Position numbers and translations under genes: made by a program. This document shows, in pieces, positions 61,746 to 64,000 of a DNA stretch of 64,000 nucleotides (its first letter is position 1; every line of letters begins with the position of its first letter). The stretch lies in the NCBI GenBank assembly GCA_964531645.1, contig CAZHEF010000001.1, positions 88,054 through 152,053 of the forward strand, given 5' to 3'. Source of the DNA: an uncultured Clostridia bacterium. GTDB taxonomy: Bacteria; Acidobacteriota; Aminicenantia; JBFLYD01; JBBIMS01. Below the pieces are notes generated by a model that saw only the letters and a list, made by a program, of their open reading frames with translations, was not told the origin of the DNA and ran no database searches.

Positions 61746-63926
61746 ATGAAAAAAGCTTTTTTAATTTTGTTAACATTTGTATTTTTCATTGGATTCTCCG
61801 GTGCAGGTCTTTTTGCTGAAGAGAAAGAAGAAACAAAGGTGAATGGCAAAATAGTCACAGGTGCTCAAGATATTCAGGTTGATGCGAAATCTTCAAAATT
61901 CTTTGAATACAGAGATGTTCCAAGGGGGTTCACATTTGGAGTCTTTAATGTCAATATTGAAAATGGGAATAGATATTTTAACTTCAACTTTACCAATTTG
62001 AAGCAGAGGGATGGAAGATACAACCTCAATTTTGGAGAGTATGGGAAGTTAGATTTAAATTTCCTATGGGACAAAACTCCTCACAGATTCAGCTTTGACG
62101 GGAAGACTCTCTATGTAGGTAGAGAGGAAGGCGGGGTCTACTATTACACCCTTTCTGACCAGATTCAACTCGATGCCCAGAATGCTCCCACCATTACAGA
62201 TACAAGAAAACTTATCTCCAGTTTTCTAACAGGAGCTCAGGAAAAAGGTCTTGAGCTTATAAGAAATAAAGGAGTTCTTGACATTAAATTTACTCCTTCA
62301 GTTCCATTAACATTAAGAATTAATGCCCAAAGAGAGACAAGAAATGGAACAAGACCTTTCGGAGCATCATTTGGATTCAATCATGTTGTTGAAGTTCCAG
62401 AGCCAATTGATTATAAGACATCCAATGTTAATTTCAATGCAGAGTATTCGAAAAAATGGGGAACAGTAGTTGCTGGATTTAATTATTCAAATTTTGATAA
62501 TAACCTTCAGACACTTATATGGGATAACCCCTTCAGATTAACTGACAACCCTAAAGGCTCTTATATTAACGGCGATTCGAGTGCCTTCGGAAGAATGGCT
62601 CTTTCCCCAGACAACTCTGCAAATCAATTCTATTTTAAAGGCTCTATCAAACCTTTGAAGAACGCAAGGATAAACGTCTCGATCTCCTTTGGAACTTTCA
62701 CTCAGGATGAGAAACTCCTTCCTTATACAATTAATACAGTTCTTACCTCCTACGATTCAGGCGCTTTAAACCCTCCGAGGGATACTGCAAAAGCAGAAGC
62801 TGATATTGCTTCAATCGATTTAAGCCTTAACACTAAAATAATTGAAAATCTTTGTTTTAATGCTGGCTACAGTTCTTACGATTTCAAAAATAAAACTGAA
62901 GAATTGCATCTCCCGGGATATACAAGATTTGATCAGTCATGGGTCTCAGCAGTATCCGTTGAACCCTATAGCTTCAAGAGAGAAAAATACTATGGAGAGC
63001 TTACTTATAATTTCCTGAAAAAAGCCTTTCTTAAACTTGGCCTTACTTCCTCAAGCATTGAAAGAGAGCTTGGGCATGAGGATGAAGGAAAGAGTGATGA
63101 GACAGCCTATCACGCCTCTATTGACTCCAATCTTACAGACTGGCTACTTTTTAGAATTTCTTATCTGAGCTCTTCGAGAGAATGGTCTCTTGATGATGTA
63201 AAGAAAATTTATCCAACCTTCAATTTTAAGAGATACCATGAAGCTACAAGGGACAGAGAGGGACTGAATCTTCTTGTTTCATTTTCTCCTATTGCAAATC
63301 TTGACCTTTCTGCTTCCTACATGCAAGGTAAAGATGATTATACAAAATCTGAATACGGTTTGAGGAATCAAGATTTCACAAATTATTCCTTTGACCTTTC
63401 TTATATCTTGAAAAAAGGGAGTTCATTGTATGTATTTTACTCCAATGAAGTATATAAAGGAGTCCAGAGGTCAAGGCAGTCTGGTGCAACCTATTCAATA
63501 GATGTTCGAGATGACTGGTCTGCTGAGCTGAAGGATACAATTGATTCTTACGGAGCTGGAATCAACGCAGTTCTCAAAAAGAATAAACTCAATTTTGATC
63601 TTTCCTACATTTACTCAAAAGCTGACGGAACATCCTTTCTTGACTCCCCTCCCGGAAGAACTGCTGGCCCTGACCTTGCAGTTAATTTCAAAAAGAAGAT
63701 AGATACAACAACCCTTCAGAGCATAAGAGCAAAATTGCTATGGAAGTTGCAACCTCGCGTGACCATGGCAATAGGTTACTGGTATGAGCAATATGGCCTT
63801 GAGGATATTACTCGTAATGACTTAAAAGTGGATATGCTTCTGACTGGAATGGCAATGTATCTTGGCGCCCTTGAACCCGGGTACAAGTATCATACTGGTT
63901 TTGTAAAATTAATATATTCTTTCTGA
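61746..63926 (+). CDS. MtrB/PioB/MtoB family decaheme-associated outer-membrane beta-barrel porin. ATG at 61746; the track GTG is at 61740.
   Basis: About 727 aa, signal peptide 'MKKAFLILLTFVFFIGFSGAGLFA', beta-rich composition, C-terminal '...KLIYSF' with terminal Phe. Immediately downstream of, and co-oriented with, the decaheme cytochrome. No N-terminal CxxC, so MtoB/PioB-like. Confidence 0.6.
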   Translation: MKKAFLILLTFVFFIGFSGAGLFAEEKEETKVNGKIVTGAQDIQVDAKSSKFFEYRDVPRGFTFGVFNVNIENGNRYFNFNFTNLKQRDGRYNLNFGEYGKLDLNFLWDKTPHRFSFDGKTLYVGREEGGVYYYTLSDQIQLDAQNAPTITDTRKLISSFLTGAQEKGLELIRNKGVLDIKFTPSVPLTLRINAQRETRNGTRPFGASFGFNHVVEVPEPIDYKTSNVNFNAEYSKKWGTVVAGFNYSNFDNNLQTLIWDNPFRLTDNPKGSYINGDSSAFGRMALSPDNSANQFYFKGSIKPLKNARINVSISFGTFTQDEKLLPYTINTVLTSYDSGALNPPRDTAKAEADIASIDLSLNTKIIENLCFNAGYSSYDFKNKTEELHLPGYTRFDQSWVSAVSVEPYSFKREKYYGELTYNFLKKAFLKLGLTSSSIERELGHEDEGKSDETAYHASIDSNLTDWLLFRISYLSSSREWSLDDVKKIYPTFNFKRYHEATRDREGLNLLVSFSPIANLDLSASYMQGKDDYTKSEYGLRNQDFTNYSFDLSYILKKGSSLYVFYSNEVYKGVQRSRQSGATYSIDVRDDWSAELKDTIDSYGAGINAVLKKNKLNFDLSYIYSKADGTSFLDSPPGRTAGPDLAVNFKKKIDTTTLQSIRAKLLWKLQPRVTMAIGYWYEQYGLEDITRNDLKVDMLLTGMAMYLGALEPGYKYHTGFVKLIYSF

Positions 63927-64000
63927 GATTTTCGGGATAAGATTTTGGGCAAGGGGTAAACTTCCTGCCCCTTTTATTTTGCAATTTAGTCCCTAACTCT

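Overview
AT-rich bacterial chromosomal segment of about 50 genes. It has many TTG/GTG starts, tight gene packing, and overlapping stop/start junctions. Most of it is core housekeeping. This includes manB-uppP-manC, clpB, pyruvate phosphate dikinase, gyrB-gyrA, lipA-rpsU, tatA, pyrK-pyrD-pyrF, coaE, nnr-tsaE and mutS. Secreted proteases (tricorn homolog, M28, S9) and transporters (MntP, NCS1 permease, MFS) are also present. Two tRNA genes, Leu-CAA on the minus strand and Val-TAC on the plus strand, bracket a zone of gene decay. That zone holds a frameshifted NHL-repeat gene, a frameshifted tandem-repeat protein gene, and a type II toxin-antitoxin pair whose ParE/RelE-like toxin is broken. The most notable content is at the 3' end, on the plus strand. 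A periplasmic-propeller sensor diguanylate cyclase (GGDEF) is followed by a PilZ receptor. Next is a signal-peptide decaheme c-type cytochrome with 10 CxxCH motifs, and then a roughly 727-aa MtrB/PioB-like outer-membrane beta-barrel. Together these look like a porin-cytochrome extracellular electron-transfer conduit, possibly under c-di-GMP control. No CRISPR array, IS element or integrase was seen. All calls rest on reading motifs in the six-frame translations; no database search was run.
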